Source: Paraphysomonas bandaiensis (Eukaryota > Protista > Chrysophyceae). From it: a stretch of DNA of 64,000 nt. The translations under genes were made by a program, and so were the position numbers. Positions 1 through 13,058 of this stretch are shown piece after piece. The stretch is taken from positions 310,001-374,000 of the forward strand of contig CBFFRP010000432.1 in NCBI GenBank assembly GCA_965644295.1. Reading direction: 5' to 3'. The first letter of the stretch is position 1, and each line of letters starts with the position of its first letter. The notes beneath the pieces were generated by a model that had not been told where the DNA came from, did no database searches, and worked only from the letters and a program-made list of their open reading frames with translations.

Positions 1-528
1 GCTATGCATGACTTATACATGTAATTGGCGCGGATTCTAACAAAGCCATGATGTTCAACTTACCAGTAGTGAATGTCTTGTTTTCTAATAGGCGTCTAAG
101 AGTCGTTCATCTTTCCATCACCAAACAAAGATTACGCGGAGCTTCTTGTAATCATGCATGACACAGTATAGGCCTATAGCACAGCTTTGGCTGAGATTCT
201 CCTCCCCCAGAATGCACCGGGATTTTATTAACAGTCTATACATTGCTTAGTTTAATTAACTCCAGCAATTTACTAGGGCACGCCCTCGGAAAGGGGCACT
301 AATCGTTGGAAGGAGTACTCAAATCTTTGATTATTAAGTATCAACAAAACAGAAGTCATTCAGCCTTAAGCCTACTCAGAACTGATAAAATAACCTTCAT
401 TTATACACAGCAATCCTCACACAATAACCCTGGTAGAATATGATCGAAATCTGGCGAAATTTCGGAAAGGTTATATTTAAGCTTATACTCAATTATTATG
501 GTGATATTCACACAAATTTTATTATATC

Positions 529-1812
529 TTACGTGCTCAACTCCTTTTCTACAACATTCGCAATACTATCCCATAACGGTAACCACAGCAAAGGCCCATG
601 ACAATAGTGCGTACAATCTAAAGGTATCGTATGCAAATCATGCCTACCTGCAGTTATTCTGTAGAATTCCACAGTTTTAACAAGGGCATCCGTATCTATC
701 TCCTTTAATATTTCTTGTACAATTCTGTTTCTCCAATTTTGGGTCTCATATGCTTCCCAGTCAGCAAGTGGAGCGCAACCAACTCGAATAGACTCTGCCA
801 CTATCTTACTCTTGACTGTACTTCTCTTTCCACGACCCAATACCTTGGGCCCCATATGCGACACTAGGTTATTTAGATCTAACTTCAATTCGTTATTCAC
901 GTGGCCTCGAGTTTCGTACAAGCCGTTGGGTGAGTAGAAATGCTGTGCAGATGTTTCACGGTAAATTAGCACGTCTCGGTGATGCTTAGCTATTTCAATG
1001 AGTGGAATAAAGAAGTTAGGGGCCACAACACGTAAGCTTTCCGGATTGCCCGAATGAAGTCCAGTATTGACGACAAATACAGTTCGCCCACCTCGAGATG
1101 TTGAGGTAAAACTGTGATTATAAAACTCTTCTTTCAATATATGATGCCAGTCATCTTTCTTTATATTATCATACATCAGCAAATGTATTGCAAAATAAGG
1201 CATCGCAGATGGTGTTTGATCAAATGGATCCCTGATATGAGCAGCAATATGATATGGCTTGGAACGGAATTGGTGAAAGCTATACGTTAAGCCAAACCGC
1301 TGAATACTACACGTGGCATCAAAGAAGTGTTGTTGGGTCATAGAATCTCCAATCAACACAAGAGTATTCGACTTGTGCGATCTCATCAGCTGAATAAGAT
1401 CCAATATGTTACGGGTTTCTGGCCAAGGCTTTGTCGTATGATATCTATACAATGCTCCCATTGTATTCGGACAAGCTTGGGTTAATCCCGTATCAAACAC
1501 TCTGCATGATCCCATGTTATCATCTACAGTATCCTTATACTCCTCACATGCACCTTTATCACGTATTTTACATATTTCATATGGTGTAAAGTAGTTTAAT
1601 GCATCACTAACAGATAATGGATACCAATCTCCAGCAAGGAAACCAGAGTTATTAGTAGATACAACGTATGGAAAGCCTTGAGTGGATCCCACGTGACCGA
1701 CACTGATATCATCACTATACGCCGCACACACCACAGCACACAGTAACACGAATATCACACAGAGACATGTGATCTTCTTTCCTGTATATAAGGATGTTAT
1801 TCTATTGTTCAT
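529..1812 (-). CDS. Intronless TBL/PC-esterase-like (SGNH-type) O-acetyltransferase/esterase with N-terminal membrane anchor or signal
   Basis: 427-aa ORF with a hydrophobic N-terminus (ITCLCVIFVLLCAVVCAA), the LIGDSMTQQHF (GDS) motif, VVNTGLH, and a C-terminal DCTHYC (DxxH) motif typical of the trichome-birefringence/PC-esterase family. Confidence 0.7.
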   Translation of the reverse strand: MNNRITSLYTGKKITCLCVIFVLLCAVVCAAYSDDISVGHVGSTQGFPYVVSTNNSGFLAGDWYPLSVSDALNYFTPYEICKIRDKGACEEYKDTVDDNMGSCRVFDTGLTQACPNTMGALYRYHTTKPWPETRNILDLIQLMRSHKSNTLVLIGDSMTQQHFFDATCSIQRFGLTYSFHQFRSKPYHIAAHIRDPFDQTPSAMPYFAIHLLMYDNIKKDDWHHILKEEFYNHSFTSTSRGGRTVFVVNTGLHSGNPESLRVVAPNFFIPLIEIAKHHRDVLIYRETSAQHFYSPNGLYETRGHVNNELKLDLNNLVSHMGPKVLGRGKRSTVKSKIVAESIRVGCAPLADWEAYETQNWRNRIVQEILKEIDTDALVKTVEFYRITAGRHDLHTIPLDCTHYCHGPLLWLPLWDSIANVVEKELST

Positions 1813-2179
1813 TGTACATTACTATTGAGATGTATGTATGTATGTATGTATGGTGGACTGTACCACTCTATGTATGTATGTACTTGACGATACTCTGCTG
1901 AGCATAGATAAACCACCTACATACTTATTAACCAATAGAATATAGATATATTGAATCCTGGCTATATGATAGGATAGTAGGGCTACTATGATTTGGTTGT
2001 TGATACTGTACCTGTGTACTAGGTGTATTGTACGATTGCACAATATTACAGTACGTGTGAGAACCATCTCCTGGCACACTGCTGCTTGAGGTCACGAGGT
2101 TCTATCAAGGCTCTGACGGCACATTGTTCTCCAAGCAAGCATGAAGGGAAGATATTACAATCAGCTTGAATGTGTTTCT

Positions 2180-2469
2180 ATGTTGAGCAATGGATCGAGA
2201 TTTTGAGATATTCCTGATGCAGAAGGAACAGAGTGAAGTAGAGTGCTTGAAACCAGCTACTTCCACTTCCATCAGCCTTGAATCCTTTATGCAACAGATG
2301 GAACTTTTGGAGCACATTCGAAGAAGATTGTACTGATTCCCTGCAGTACGTAAGCCTTCTCCTCCGTTAACATGAGTGGCTGTTCTCCGAAGTCGCTTTC
2401 CTTTGGTGGCGGTCCCACCGCTACTTCGCATCAGGAATGTCTCAAAATCCTCGATCCATTGCTCAACAT
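2180..2469. repeat. Imperfect ~42-bp inverted repeat in a degraded, possibly gag-like sequence
   Basis: 2180-2220 (atgttgagcaatggatcgagattttgagatattcctgatgc) is the reverse complement of 2428-2469 with 1 mismatch and 1 indel. Confidence 0.75.
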
Positions 2470-2988
2470 TACTCTCGTTAAACTGCGGAGACGCTACTGA
2501 ACTCTCCTCAACAGACTATCTGCTACAGTGAACACCACCTGTAAGGGATCTAATATCTGCAGCATATACAGGAGACATATTCCGAAGATACGGAACGCAA
2601 GTTGTATTCGGGCAGGAGCGCATAATCTCACTTAAGGATGAAACTGATCGTATGCCTATGGGCTGAGCTATAGTTGAATCGTGTTGCATAGTTTAACGTT
2701 TGTCGGTGTATATCATCTCGCATGCGGTATTCTCAGCTGACGTACATAAGAATTGTGTAACATGAAAATATCCAACGTGTGGTGGTATTACGTCAGTATA
2801 TACAGTATGAGCTAAGGATATGTATTATATTTTAATAAGTATCTTTAATAATCAAACCTCGTACATCCATATATCTACATTAGTAATGGAGTAAATTAAA
2901 CAGACACTAAGGACATGGAATTATGTAATTGCAGAACAACAAATCGTTCTATGTGTGCATATCACAGGACACAACGCACCAGTAATAT

Positions 2989-3187
2989 ATTTGTTCCTAC
3001 TAAATTTTACTAAAGTTCCTGCCTACTAAAGTAAACGTGCCATTGGTTCCTATTAAATTATAAACGGCAGCTGAGACTACCAAATTTTTGAGATATTCCT
3101 ACCAAGTACTAAGTTTAAATACAGCTTCACTGTCATTTTTAGCTTTTTAGCTAGTAGAAACATCTGCAAAATTTAGTAGGAACAAAT
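2989..3187. mobile_element. MITE-like element with perfect 20-bp inverted repeats
   Basis: atttgttcctactaaatttt (2989-3008) pairs with aaaatttagtaggaacaaat (3168-3187). The AT-rich interior has cctactaaa-like sub-repeats. No clear TSD. Confidence 0.5.
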
Positions 3188-3764
3188 GGAAAATAAAGTA
3201 GGTTGAAATAAGACGCCGCACAGCGCACAGTCGCAAGTGTTGGAACTTATAAAGCGTTGTGATTAATGCTTAGACCATTCTTCGCACGATATGTAAAAAA
3301 CATGACCCAAGAACATACGCTCCACTGCATATACATTTGCATTACAATCGAGATACTGAAAAGACAAGTAGGACTTTGAATTTCCTGTTAGATAGTACAT
3401 ATTCGAATGAAAGGACCAATTCGAATTGTGCTGTACATATCAAATAGCAATCATATCTGGGAACTGGGAACTATAAACGACAAAAACTATATCAGTCAAA
3501 TTATTATTATCATCGCCTATATCGCACTAGAGCAATTTCATTAATAACATTCTCGAATCATAATTTAATGGGCACCAACACAATGTAAGGTAAACTTTAA
3601 TTGTCGTCAGTTACACGAAACTGTAGAGAATACAGGAGTATATAGCACTTCAACATACCAGAGATTGTTTCCAGCATACCAACGCTTGAATCAAAACAAT
3701 CTTGCGTAAATAAAGGGAAATCAAAGGACAGAGACGAAAATTCATCGACGTATCGTTGAATGCA

Positions 3765-5568
3765 CTACGATTTAGGAACCGACGATGGGTGCCTACTACA
3801 CCAATTCCTCCAGGTCCTGTAAACATATAACTCAGTAAGCATCAGAACAAGTAAGACAAAAAATAGTACTTTGTTTTCCCCCTCACGTCAGGGACAGTAT
3901 GTAAGTCTTCCAGAAAATCCGCAATCTAAATACTCTCTTTCAGAAAATATAGCAGTGCAGTACGTTCTCACTCACCTGCCACATTTCGATATCTTTTGGG
4001 TCGTCAATGAAAGAGCCACAATCGATAGCGTTTTCTATTTCAAAATGCAAACGATAAGAAATACGTACGTGATATAACTACGCGACCATAGCTCAGCTCA
4101 GAAAAGTCTAATTCCAGCCAAGTAATAAGGAAAAGTGCAATACCTGGATGGAATATATATGACATAGGCGAATTGTCGACTATGATACATTGCGATATAT
4201 CTCGGTTTAATAGGGATAAATCTTTTACATAATGTCCTGCGTAAAAAGCATCAGGGCTTCACTGCAACTGCATATAAACATACTACCTTCAAAATATACA
4301 CAGCTCTCTCTAAATAAACGCGTGGATATGACATTGTGAATATCCAGTTGGTCTAATAGTGGGTCTGCATATTTGCTCAAGGACGCTGTGTAAATAACCA
4401 CCTAAATGACAGTCGACAGAAATTAATATAAAGGTGTTGAGATGGGAATACGGCTGTACCTCATATTTCTCCCCCACCCGTCTCATGAACTCGTCAACAC
4501 CTAAATGAAAACGCATCACATGAAATACACAACAGCGAGTGCAAGGTGCTGCACCTGGTCGCTTCAAGACATACACATTGTGCACAACATCTTCAATCGT
4601 CACGGGAATGACAAAATCCGCATTCTCCACATACTGCGACAACACATTAAACCCATACAGATAGACATTAGTAGTCTATGTACGCATAAGAGCAACAGTA
4701 CCTGGAACGAGCTGTGTACTAGTGTTTCATCCAAATCGAGAGCGAGGCACTTCCTGCCCGCGCACTTGGGAGAAGGGTCGCCCATAAGTCGTGTCTGACC
4801 AGATATACTCGTGCGTTTGGACCTGTCCGCACAACGATATAAAGTGAAGTGTCAGTCATACGGTGAGTTGAAACTTCGAACCTAGGACTGGAGATACGAG
4901 GTGGCTTCACGAGTTGTGTAGTACGTGTCCTATGGTTGGTAGTGCCCCGACAAAAGCAGCAAAGGAGCTGCTTCCACAGGGGATACCTCGGCGGGGACAC
5001 GTCATCCACTGGATCTTTATCAGCCTCTTTTTGGTGCTAAAGATGAAATTACTATCAACAACAAAGCCATATATTAAATATCGTCTTACAGATGTTCCAG
5101 CAGCCATGCGTACAGTTTTCGCCTTCCCATCCTTGTCTGTTTGAGTGATTATGTCAGAGTCGTATGGTACGGCCACTGGTTTATCACTGGCACTGCTACT
5201 CTGGTGCTTATTTTTGTCTAAACATTAAAATTAGGTTAGTTATTAGTACAATGTATTCAAACCATCAGCATCATCCGTGGTGCGATCTGTGGAGGCGTTA
5301 GTTGTTTACAATATACTTAAAAGACAGAGCCCACCTGAGGTTTCTGCGGTTGTTTCTGAGCAATCGTCTTCCTGACGTGAGAATATAACAGGATTGATCA
5401 TTTCTGTATTATTTTCATCGTAAAAAACACACAGATTACAATCTGATATTGAAGCACCTACCTTCACTAGAAGATTTTGATGAGTTATCTGAGCTGTGTT
5501 TACCTGCAAGCATAATATAATTAACACTCCATTCATCTTCTAAAGAATACAGTAAACGAACCAGACAT
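3765..5568 (-). CDS. CTD small phosphatase (FCP1/SCP, NIF domain), multi-exon
   Basis: Exons encode [16 protein letters not shown] (DxDxT), [20 protein letters not shown] and [10 protein letters not shown], with GT-AG introns. Stop at 3765-3767. The start (7-nt first exon at 5568) is tentative. Confidence 0.85.
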
Positions 5569-6321
5569 AATACAACACTACTCAATTAGTGTTCAATAAC
5601 AATGATGTGATTAGACTATTTAAACTTGTATGGCTGCACTCTATCTGTGTGGACTCTTAACAGCCAACAGCAACCTCGGAGACACTATACGATCCACTTA
5701 CTAATGAATGAGCTTTGGTTTAACTAATGCAAGCAAAAACTCGTGCAACTTGGACGTCTATACTATTGAAAACACAATTTAATTGTGTATACAGTGCGGG
5801 GTCTTGTTAACCAAGTTATGGTGGTATAGTATCCTATGTGGTATAGAGGAGCTGTGTGCTGTGTATGCAGGGGAATGTAGTACTGATAGAGTATCATATA
5901 CACATCTACAGTATGGAGTACGTGGAATCTACAGTATAATATACAGCACTTCCTCTTGCAACACTTCCCTTCCCATATGCTTATATACATGTTGTACTCT
6001 ATGTATTCCGTACTGTCCCGTTGTTCATTACAACACCAGAGACAAGAATTCTACATATAATAAATTGCTCCACACCAAAAATTAAATTTCTGTGTAAAAA
6101 AATTCAAAATATTAATTCTTACAGCAAATCGTAGATGAAATCTCTGTAAAAAATCACAATATATGTAAAAATATAGGGAAAAAAAATCAAACTGGATTAA
6201 TTACACAATTAATTACATTCATTCCATTTAAACATATTTGCTTGCATCTCAATAGATTGTAAGTGTATCAAAGATCCTTTGGATCGAGTGAGTGTATTGT
6301 TGTCAAGTACACTGATATAGC

Positions 6322-9300
6322 ATGAGACCAAATAGTCGTGGACCTGGCACTGCAGGAGGTCCCCCAGGTACAGGGGCTAGACCAGGAAGCGGACGGCGTC
6401 CCCCTGGTACTGCCTCACGTCTACGCACTGGTGTCGCTCCTACTGGACCCGGTATGCAGGCGGCACAAGGCGTATCTCTTTCTGCAAACATCAATGTGTC
6501 TGATCGGCCTGTGACGGGACAGGGTGTGATGGGCATGAAGACGCAGGGACAGGGTCCGGGACGGCTCGTACAGGATCCTGCTTATTACATAGGACTGCTT
6601 CGCAAAAAAATAAATGAAGTAGGGAGCGAGACGCAGCGACTTCAGGAGGAAATTGAGCAACAAAATCGAGATAAGTCTCAGATGGGCCGCCTAGAAGAGA
6701 GGTACGAGAGTCTTGTGAAAAACAAGGAGTCACTAGAAGGCCAGCTAGCAGACTATAACCTTGCTCTTGACAAGGTAATTTGATTGACCACAGCATTTTG
6801 TGGGATTGATATGTGCGTATAGACCAGGACATCGACTGATGTGGAGGACGTTCAGCAAATGGCGATGCAACTGAGAGAGAAGAATCGGCAAATGGGTCAA
6901 GAGCTCGATAGGATATTCATGCTTCGTAAGCAGCGCGAATCGGAAACCATGAAGGTGATTACTTCGCACACGCATGTAAAATGTTTCCGAGCATACTTAC
7001 TTTATAAGTAGCTCTGGTAGTGTATAGAATCTTGTCCTACTAATGCTTTCTGCTTGTAACTCCATTGTCATACAGATTGAGGAGAATATAAATGCACACC
7101 ATCAAGCCGTGCAAAAGCGGATTAACGAATTGGAGCCAGGAAAGCTTAGAGCTTATAATGAATTATTGGAGAGGTGGTATAACACCTTGTTGTGCCGATA
7201 TTGCTTTGTGTACTGTTAGTTGATATTAACGTCATTCGTTGACATTGAAGAGATATATATTTCTACATGAGATTCCCTATCCTATTTTAACGGCTATAGA
7301 GTGTATCATAATGTGTCATGTAATGAGTGTATTTTAATGCAGACAACGAGATCTTCAAGAGCGACTGTCAAGTAGTGAGGGAAGACTACATGAGGTGAGT
7401 AGTGTCACACTGATAATACTACTTCCACACTCTGTTGGACGCACCTCCTCACTATTTAGAATGGTGCTTTTGAAGTTCTAACTTAACTGGTTGGTGTCAG
7501 ATTAACGATGCAATAGCTCGAATGGAAGAAGATGAGAAAGGATACTCACACCGCAAAGAATTTGCAAACCTCGAGAAGCAACTCTCTTCTGCACGACGTA
7601 ACTACGAGTCTCTGAGCGAAGAGTATGACATTGCCATGCTGGATCCTAAAGAGGCACATGCTAAATTCGTTGCTCGAGTGAATGAGCATAAACAGGTATG
7701 TTTCTAGTTAGCTGTCTATTCATTTGGATCACTGGATGTAATGCAGAACGCAAAGTTTATGGACTCGAAGGCAACTTCTTTGAGAAGCGAAATCAAGAAT
7801 TTGAAACAGCAACTGGAGGACTTATCAAGCACGGCCACTAGCCAATCAGAGGTATGTTTTGTACTAGTTATTCTTGTGACCCACTTTCTAATAATACCTA
7901 CTTATCATTACGTTTACTGCGTGCACACATTATGAGTTTAGTATTAACACATTAGCAGGAGGACAGCAGTGAGGCAGCCAAATATGACTTGCTCATGAAA
8001 AGAGATCAAGAAATGACTGCATTCATGGACAAGTTTGATGAGGTAACTCTTTTATTTCACTTGTTTGAACAGCTGTTTAACTATCGGGTTGCATGTTACG
8101 CCTACTTGTAGACGAGGAATAGCATATTGGCGGATCAGGAGAATGCAAAGTCTCTGGTTGTGGGTCTTCTGGAGCATATAGGTCGAGGTCTTGACGATGC
8201 CACCAATCTTCCGGACGCCGGAGTCATGGGTGAGTGGGGTCATATTAACTTCACTGGAGTGAGCTGTACAAAGAATTTTTGTAACCGCTCTACTGTGTGC
8301 TTTTATCACACAGTGCATTGTATAGTACGTGATATTGATATGCAGGCGAAATGGAAGATGCCAAAGCGTTTAAAGAGCGTAATCTCGCGACTGCTCAGAA
8401 GTAAGTGACACCACACTTAGTTGTATAGCAGTGGACATTATTTGAAAGGGTAGCTGTTGTATTATTCATCGTTGACAATAGTCTTATATCAATGCGTACG
8501 AAGTATACAGCTTTCTATTTCTGGTTATTAGTGTAAGCGCTGTGCTAAGTGATTAATATCTTCATGAATAGAACTATGGAATCTCTTCAGGCCGAGAGGG
8601 CCAAGCGCGAGAAGGAGCTCGAAATGCTTCGGTCTTCGGAACCAAAGCTCTTACGAGAAATATCCGGCCTAAAGGAGTCAATGACAAGAATGAACGATGA
8701 GATGAAGGTGGAGTTACTATGCATGTTTTTTCACTGCCTTGATTTCTTTTCGTACTTTCCACAGGAATTCAACAATATCGAGGCGATGCAGCGGAAGTTT
8801 GAACGGACTCAGCGTGAACTTCAAGAGTTACGAAAGTCCTATATTAAGCGAAAAGACGCCACTCGGCAACAGGTTCAGGCCCTCTCAGCTGAGCATGAGT
8901 CTCTGAAGAAGATGCTTGCATCGAATGACACAGACAGAGATCTTGAGGATACCGAGAAGAGGCTAAAGCACTATGAACGGTACGTAGCGTGTCTAGTCAT
9001 TGGTCAGGACAGTTGTACCACCTTATAGTGTACTTCTTTACATCACAATATCCTCACTGCTGATTTGACTTCAGAACAATATTCGAAGCTCGCGAATTTA
9101 TTGAGGCCAAGACACGTGAAACAGATTATGAGTTGGTTAAAGGAACTTGTTTGCGGGTAAGGTCGTGTAATGTTTTCTCCTTTTTAAATTGTTAGATGTA
9201 TATTATTTCTGCATGCTTGATTGCTTATAAATGGGATGTGTTTTAGTTAACGGATAGCATCAACACAAATGCTATTAAATTGGCGATGGATGGTGGCAGT

Positions 9301-9333
9301 AACAACAACACGGGAGGAGCAGGGCGATGGTAG
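6322..9333 (+). CDS. IFT74: Intraflagellar transport protein 74/72, multi-exon
   Basis: Basic G/P/R-rich N-terminus (RPPGTASRL...DRPVTGQG.MGMKT...RLVQD), then EGQLADYNLALDK and long coiled coils across short GT-AG introns. Stop TAG at 9331-9333. Confidence 0.9.
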
Positions 9334-10287
9334 AAGGTTGGAGTACAGTCTGGAAAATATTGCCTACGTGTTCGTGTTATTGATGATCCGGCTAGCAAAA
9401 TATATCCGCAAGTTATAGCGCTGATTTCACAGAGCTAGTTAGTAGCATTGAGTGTATGCACTTGCCTGCAACCGCTGATTTAGTTCGGTAAAAACGTGTA
9501 GTACAAACGTTGAAGCAACTTAAGTAGATATAAGATATAATATATTACTCAACTGCTCAAGTGCTGTGAGGCAGGTAAAACCCAGCATGAAATATTTAAC
9601 CACGAAAAATACCATTGTATTCAGGCGTGCAAAGTCATCTGCTTGTAATTGTATGTTGTTTGGTTCGTACGCATTAGTCGTAGTAATAGAGTATTAACTA
9701 TCTTCATCAACACTAAAGAAATTATTTCAACTGGCAATACCCCAGTACTGATAATACTAAATAGAACAATGACATGAAAAATATATTTAACATAGTATAT
9801 ATTGAAACCTCAGGTTGAGTAATTAATATTGGATATTGGTGTACCAGTTTCTTTGATTTCCTCAGTATTGTGATAATGTAGTTTAACGTGGTCCGTATTG
9901 CGTATTGTCGTAGCTAAGAGCTTCTACCACTCAAAAACTTAGATCCAAGTATTATACTGCTCGTCTTGTCATGCGATATATTACCACCAATTTTGTTTGT
10001 TGCAAAACATGTATCAGTGGAACAAACAATCAAACTGAAATGGTACAGCTCTCACTAATGTTAGCCTACGAAAGGTGTTATTCAACGCAATGGTGCAATT
10101 CATATTCACCAGTCCTCCCCGATACATTCCATATAAGTGGTATTACTGATTATCAACTGTATTGAGCATTTTTTTCGGTTGCCCACTAGATTATAGATGT
10201 TGGGGCACTAAAACAATAGAGAGGCGTGATGCGTACAGATCAACGAGAAGGGCAGCTAACTGTGTGCGAACCCTTTTAATGCTTCCA

Positions 10288-10760
10288 ATGTCAGTGCGCG
10301 CCCTCAACGAAGTCGGACTCGCACATTTTCGTGGTGTTTTGGGGGATAAGTGCGGGAAATATTTCTCCGGGAAACTAACGTGAACCGCATATATATATAT
10401 AGTCAGCAGATAATAATGCTTGTGTGCTTCAAGGGACACTATTATATTATATATGTGCCACTTGTGTAAACGTCGTTGGGTCTTTGACAAATAAACAGAC
10501 ATGTATTGGGCTGCCTGCTGAAGTCAAGCATCCGGGCTGTATACCTTAAAAACTCATCAATCCTGAAGTTAGCAGATGTCAGGTATATCAACATTCTCTT
10601 GCCCATTTTTGTGATATAAAGCAAAATTGGTGGAACCTTGGTACTTGCGGTGGCGCACAAGCAGCTTTCGTAGAGTTAAATAGTAGGGTGCCTGATGAGG
10701 TAAACGCTGACTCTTATTAAAACGCCTATATATATTGCTAATAATCAAACATTCACTACT
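10288..10760. repeat. Copy 1 of a degraded dispersed repeat family
   Basis: 10288-10494 aligns with 22695-22871 (e.g. ctcaacgaagtcggactcgcacattttcgtggtgttttgggggataag versus ctcaacaaagtcggtctcgcaccttttcgtggtgttatgggggataag). 10709-10760 aligns with 22928-22969 and 29678-29717. Confidence 0.75.
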
Positions 10761-11949
10761 AATGTCAGTGTGAGTTATAGGTAAAGCATTCTTTTGTAGA
10801 CTGCATAATAATTGCCCTCCCAACTGCTGGACTAGTATATAGATACACACTAATCATATCCACGACTCCGTCACTGGATATGCCTTATCATCATATTTGG
10901 ATACTTTTTTCATAATAAATACACCAATACATAAGAGTGGATGCTTCCACTCTTTTGTATCAACACTGACATCTGGTTGAATTATCATATGGGGAGTGAG
11001 AAGGATGTATTCCTGTTACTCTGAACCTAAAGATGTATTCAAAGTTGTTGTCACTTCCTATAAGCTCACTATTTGCATTTTTAGGGTATAATTGTTATTT
11101 AATTGCTACATATAGATAATAGCGAGAGTCTTCCATGGACAGACCTGACATCATAGTTGGTCCCGCTCATAGTGTATTTATGGATATAAACTTTTTGTTC
11201 TGATTGAGAAATGTAAGGGAACTCATCGCAGTCGGTATTGAAGGTTTCAGCTAAGGTGATCACATCTATGCGACATTGAATATGATGTAATAGAGTGCAG
11301 GAGTATAGAAGCGAATATATATATGTGGTATACTGGTATATGGTGTGTATATTTACTTTGTGCGTTTGACATAGTACAAGAGTCTTATGTACTTATATAG
11401 GTGTTATATGAAGTATATGCTCACTCTGTCTACTTCGTGTGACACACAAGGACTACTTTTGTGGTATTTGGTGTGTACGTTTGCCCTGTGTGCTTCATAC
11501 AACACACAGATTCTATTTCAGTATTTAATAATATATATTCTCTCTGAAGCTCATACAGTACACAACACTCTTTTTATGTGGAATATAATGCATATTTCAC
11601 TTTATATACATCGTATAGAAGACAAGGACTATAAACGTAGTATGTAATACGGGATTTCTATGTTTAGTCTGAATTAAACTCCGTCGAGTAGAATTTAATA
11701 GCAGTGAAAAATCGGTCTTGGCTTGGCACATTTTACATTGTATATTTTAATGTCTCTATTTCCTGCATTAGTACCTAGAATGCTACTACCTATTGTACAC
11801 GTTGCGGCTTTAGAACGATAGTAAAGCACTTATGGACGACCACTGAAGTAAAAAATACGTTATTTATATCAAAAATTAAAACGAGTGTGCGCTGTGGAAA
11901 ACAGTGCGCAAATTAAAAAAGCAGCAGTATCAAACTTAACCATGTGCTA

Positions 11950-12380
11950 TGTTACTTCCGTCGCCTTATTATCACTTATTTGTCTTAGTGCCTCAATTGC
12001 TTTTTCAAGTCTGTACTGACGCCTCTCGGCGTTGGACATTCCTCGTAACAATACTTTTTCTTCATCTTTCTTCGCCTTTTACTCAGCTTTGGTTGTCAGC
12101 TTATCCAATCGATTGTGGTGTTTCTTCACATCGGCCTGCATCTTTTCTTCCGCATTTGCTTTTGCAGGAAGTCCCCATTGCACGGCTGCCTGAGCAACGT
12201 GCAGTTGCTTTGTCTGAGGAATTCTCTGATGAGGACTCAGGGCCTTTTCATACTTGAAAAACGAACCTTCGCTCACTTCTATATCTCTACCCTCAGGAAT
12301 TATTCCACGTCTGATAGCTGTTTCATTAGCCTCTTTTTTAAAAACCTTTCTGAGCTCTGGAACACTCTGCCTCCCATCAT
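11950..12380 (-). pseudogene. Disrupted coding relic, K/E-rich, possibly from a transposon
   Basis: Protein-like segment (AKANAEEKMQADVKKHHNRLDKLTTKAE) interrupted by stops. No diagnostic motif. Confidence 0.2.
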
Positions 12381-13058
12381 TGGCACGAGCACGACAATTT
12401 CAATATCGATATATCGTCCAAGCAAGTAGGTCTCGATAGTGAGCTACTAAATATTGGACGTCCAGCTCTAATCTTATCCCTCTAACTCTGAAATCGCTTT
12501 CTACTCAGAGAGGGAAACTGTTTGTGCATGTCACTTGGTTTGCATGTAATGGACAATCATCTCGGTCGAAACAATGACTACAATAATCTCTATTACGCCG
12601 CAATGGCAGAACAACATCATCACATTCTTCCATTCTTGTTTCCAATGATGAAGATGCATAAGATTATGAGGGTTAGTGATGGTATCATACAGCTAGATAT
12701 GTCAGAGGCGCGACATACTCCTGTAGTCAGTAAACTGAAAAAAATGAGTGTATTCTGAGCTGATGTATGCTGTAGAAATGTATTACATTTGTACAACACA
12801 ACAGCAGTGGACAATATGCTGCATACGTACAGGTATATACTCCAGTGTGGACAGCACATACGCATATCTGGCACGCTTGGACGTACTTGTTCAATGTATA
12901 AATGTCCCATACGACCTCTATGTAGTACGATAGAGTAGTGTACGTATATATACATGAGAAGCATCCACCACAGCACTGCTGTGTATAGATCATATAGAGG
13001 TATAGTCCAATAGACCCCAGCATATAGCAGTCAGCTCTATATATTCCTTCTCCATGTA

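Noticed and set aside
3765-9333. Stop-codon reassignment or frameshifting to explain fragmented ORFs
   Set aside because: The breaks I traced are explained by short GT-AG introns, and TOR reads 1700+ codons in the standard code.
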